A program made the translations under genes and the position numbers. The notes beneath the pieces were generated by a model. The model saw nothing but the letters and a program-made list of their open reading frames with translations. It was not told the origin of the DNA and did no database searches. From the NCBI GenBank assembly GCA_949292905.1, contig CASFAV010000010.1, positions 5,074 to 69,073 on the forward strand: DNA of 64,000 bases, in the 5' to 3' direction. This document shows, one piece after another, positions 61,922 through 64,000 of this stretch. This DNA is from an uncultured Eubacteriales bacterium (GTDB lineage Bacteria > Bacillota > Clostridia > Christensenellales > DTU072). Numbering within the stretch: position 1 is the stretch's first letter; the number at the start of each line of letters is the position of its first letter.

Positions 61922-63160
61922 TCAGATCTCGTAACAGGAATAATCGATATACGCAAGTCCGTTTGCGTTTACCGACAATACCCTTCCGCTCATAGCGACT
62001 GCGGGCAGAACGAGCGCGAATTTCCCTTCGGCAAGGAAAATTTCCGAATACTCTCTCCGCAACACCGCGTCGAAGCGCAGCCTGTCGCCCTCGTAAGGAT
62101 ATTCCGAATACGTCTCGCCGCAACGGCAGAACACGACGGCTTTGTCTTTGTCCGCGCCCACGGTCAGCTTCTCTCCGGAAGCGGAAGAAAAAGAGACCGA
62201 AGCCTCGCTCGCCTTGGACAGACGGACGGAAAAAGCGTAAGCGCAGTCCGATGCGGGGGTGTCGACAGGCTCGAAACATTCCGCGGCTTCGGCGTCGCTC
62301 ACTCCCCCGGTATATTTACGGGCTTCGAGAAGCACGACGGGCGCGCGCCACTTGACGCCTTCCGTTCCCGCGGTCATCTCGCGGAAAATAACGCTCGAGC
62401 CGAATCTCGCGTAAAGCAGCGGCCTGTCCGGTCCGAGCATCACGGTGCGCACGGGGCAAGCGTTGTCGAAAAACTCCGCTTCTCCGTCGGCAGTAAATCT
62501 CCCGCCTTCAGCGTCAAGTTTGCCGCTTACGCGGTACGTCTTGCCGGAGCGCGCGTAAAACATAAAGCACCTTCCCTGCGCACCGATGAGATTGGGGTAT
62601 TCGACGTCACCGTCGAGCCCCTCGATTTTGATATTATGAGGCTCCCAGACTATACAGTTTGGTGACCTGAACGCGCATAATTCGCCTTTTACCGAATTGC
62701 CGACGAGGTAGAACGAACCGCCGGAATACGTAAGCTTGGCGCCTCGCGGCGCACCTTTGGGAATGACCGCCAGCGGGTAGGTTTCGAAACGTTCTCCGTC
62801 ACGGGATTGCGCGAGTCTGCATTTCCCGGTGATGCCGCAGACGTACACGAGGAAGATCTTTCCGTTCCTCACCGCGGCGGAAACGGAGTCCAACATGTAT
62901 TCTCCTTTTACCGCGTCGCCGAGTCTTCTCCATAAGCACAGATCCTCGGATACGTACTGTGCCACGTCGCAGAGAAACCCGCGTTTCACCGTAAGAAACA
63001 TGCGATACAAGCCTTCGGAATATACGAGGCTGAAACCTGCCGCCGCGCCGAATCCCGGGATATCGGTAAAGTTAGCGGGCGCGGCGCTCCCTCCTGTTTT
63101 TCTTATGCGTTCCACATTACACCTCTCGTTTATTCTATACCATTTCGGCGGCTTCGTCAA
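61922..63160 (-). CDS. GH32/GH43-like beta-propeller protein with C-terminal beta-sandwich (family uncertain)
   Basis: 412 aa. Blade-like repeats are present (GKIFLVYV, SRDGERFET, GSFYLVG, GRCFMFYA). The C-terminal EYSEIFLAEGKFALV resembles the GH32 beta-sandwich end. I do not see the canonical N-terminal NDPNG nucleophile motif. Confidence 0.45.
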   Translation of the reverse strand: MTKPPKWYRINERCNVERIRKTGGSAAPANFTDIPGFGAAAGFSLVYSEGLYRMFLTVKRGFLCDVAQYVSEDLCLWRRLGDAVKGEYMLDSVSAAVRNGKIFLVYVCGITGKCRLAQSRDGERFETYPLAVIPKGAPRGAKLTYSGGSFYLVGNSVKGELCAFRSPNCIVWEPHNIKIEGLDGDVEYPNLIGAQGRCFMFYARSGKTYRVSGKLDAEGGRFTADGEAEFFDNACPVRTVMLGPDRPLLYARFGSSVIFREMTAGTEGVKWRAPVVLLEARKYTGGVSDAEAAECFEPVDTPASDCAYAFSVRLSKASEASVSFSSASGEKLTVGADKDKAVVFCRCGETYSEYPYEGDRLRFDAVLRREYSEIFLAEGKFALVLPAVAMSGRVLSVNANGLAYIDYSCYEI

Positions 63161-63176
63161 TTACAAAATATTATAC

Positions 63177-63205
63177 TTGCGCGTGCGCGCACCTTATGTT
63201 ATAAT
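63177..63205 (+). promoter_or_regulatory. sigma-70-type promoter (extended -10) immediately upstream of the GH2 start codon
   Basis: TTGCGC-17 nt-(TGt)TATAAT. The -10 element ends 6 nt before the ATG at 63212. Confidence 0.5.
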
Positions 63206-63211
63206 GCGGGT

Positions 63212-64000
63212 ATGCAGAGAGAAGATTATCCGAGACCGGACGCGGTGCGTCCGCGATTAAGAATCCTCGACGGCGAATGGTCGTTTGCCGCAGATCCCGC
63301 CGAGGCTGCGGACGTCGTGAACGTGCCCGCAAGCGCAGTCGCCGTCCGCGTACCATACGCGCCGGGAACGAGCCTTTCGGGCATAAAAGATCTCCCGCTT
63401 TCGCGCGAATGGCGCTATTACCGCAAATTTGCCCTCAGCCCTTTCGAATGCGCGGGCTCGGTGATATTGAATTTCAACAATATAGACGGATATTTCGAGA
63501 TCTATCTCAACGGCTCCCCCGTAGGCGCGGGAACGGGCGCTTTCGCGTCCTCTCATTACGACGTGAGCGCGCTCTGCAAACAGGGCGAAAACATACTCTG
63601 CGTGATCGTACGGGCGGGAAAAGATGACGTTTTCCGCGGGATATGGGGAAACGTATGGCTCGAATTCGCCGCACGAAGTTATTTCGCCTTCGTGCGCGCC
63701 ACCCTCGTATACGCAGACAAAAAGCTTTACGTCCAAGGTAACCTTGCAGGCGACGCCGAAGGTCTCAAGATCAGAACGGAGATAGCTTTCCGCGGCAAGC
63801 AGATAGCTTCGTACGATTATAAGGCTTCCGCGAATTTCACTCTCTGCGCCCCTCTCGATCGCGATATCGAGCCGTGGCAGATAGGCGCGCCGGCGCTATA
63901 CGACGTCCGTCTTACTCTCTATAACGCTAAAGGCGGCGTATGCGACACCCTGTATACTTATACGGCGTTCCGTGAAATCAAAATTTTCGAGAACAAGCTT
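63212..64000 (+). CDS. GH2-family glycoside hydrolase (N-terminal part; runs off the right edge)
   Basis: The frame is open from the ATG at 63212 to the window end (263 codons). GH2 sugar-binding-domain motifs are RILDGEWSFAAD, FNNIDGYFEIYLNG, GIWGNVWLE, PALYDVRLTL and YTAFREIKI. It is not in the ORF track because there is no in-window stop. Confidence 0.75.
   Translation, partial: MQREDYPRPDAVRPRLRILDGEWSFAADPAEAADVVNVPASAVAVRVPYAPGTSLSGIKDLPLSREWRYYRKFALSPFECAGSVILNFNNIDGYFEIYLNGSPVGAGTGAFASSHYDVSALCKQGENILCVIVRAGKDDVFRGIWGNVWLEFAARSYFAFVRATLVYADKKLYVQGNLAGDAEGLKIRTEIAFRGKQIASYDYKASANFTLCAPLDRDIEPWQIGAPALYDVRLTLYNAKGGVCDTLYTYTAFREIKIFENKL

Overview
The window reads as a chromosomal segment of a moderately GC-rich Bacillota (Clostridia-like) genome. 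That placement rests on the conserved ecfA1-ecfA2-ecfT-truA-rplM-rpsI block, GGAGG-type ribosome-binding sites, lipobox lipoproteins and strong co-orientation, with about 50 of 55 genes on the minus strand. All calls come from reading the ORF translations and the DNA by eye; no homology search was run.

Housekeeping and metabolic genes:
- Envelope and stress: a lipoprotein serpin and an ECF sigma/anti-sigma pair with a paralogous lipoprotein.
- Transport and regulation: an MFS transporter, potABCD with an XRE-cupin regulator, an htrA/two-component/CYTH operon, and an ECF transporter block followed by truA, rplM and rpsI.
- Metabolism: an aminotransferase, a GNAT, an esterase, an orphan RimK-type ATP-grasp ligase, a split transketolase, mtnN, nagB, ppa and an HD hydrolase.
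- Glycoside hydrolases: a GH38 alpha-mannosidase, a GH32-like protein and a partial GH2.

Most unusual content:
1. A roughly 25-kb cell-surface island at 26.6-51.2 kb. It holds a single 12.4-kb ORF (4,134 aa) made of repeated InlB-B-repeat-like modules with a GLUG/beta-helix C-terminus. It also holds an apparent GlmM::GlmU-acetyltransferase fusion, and an ABC exporter followed by two tandem paralogous membrane-anchored Ig-like/beta-helix proteins.
2. A ~220-bp tandem repeat array fused to the 3' end of tRNA-Arg(ACG). Each unit re-copies the last 18 nt of the tRNA and carries hairpins with compensatory changes.
3. Smaller oddities: a frameshifted GNAT 3' end, a PotD with a C-terminal membrane anchor, an unknown 315-aa protein coupled to the split transketolase, and a candidate leaderless GH2 gene.

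I saw no CRISPR array, rRNA, transposase, integrase, phage gene or recognisable defence system. The many long ORFs antisense to real genes are judged non-coding.
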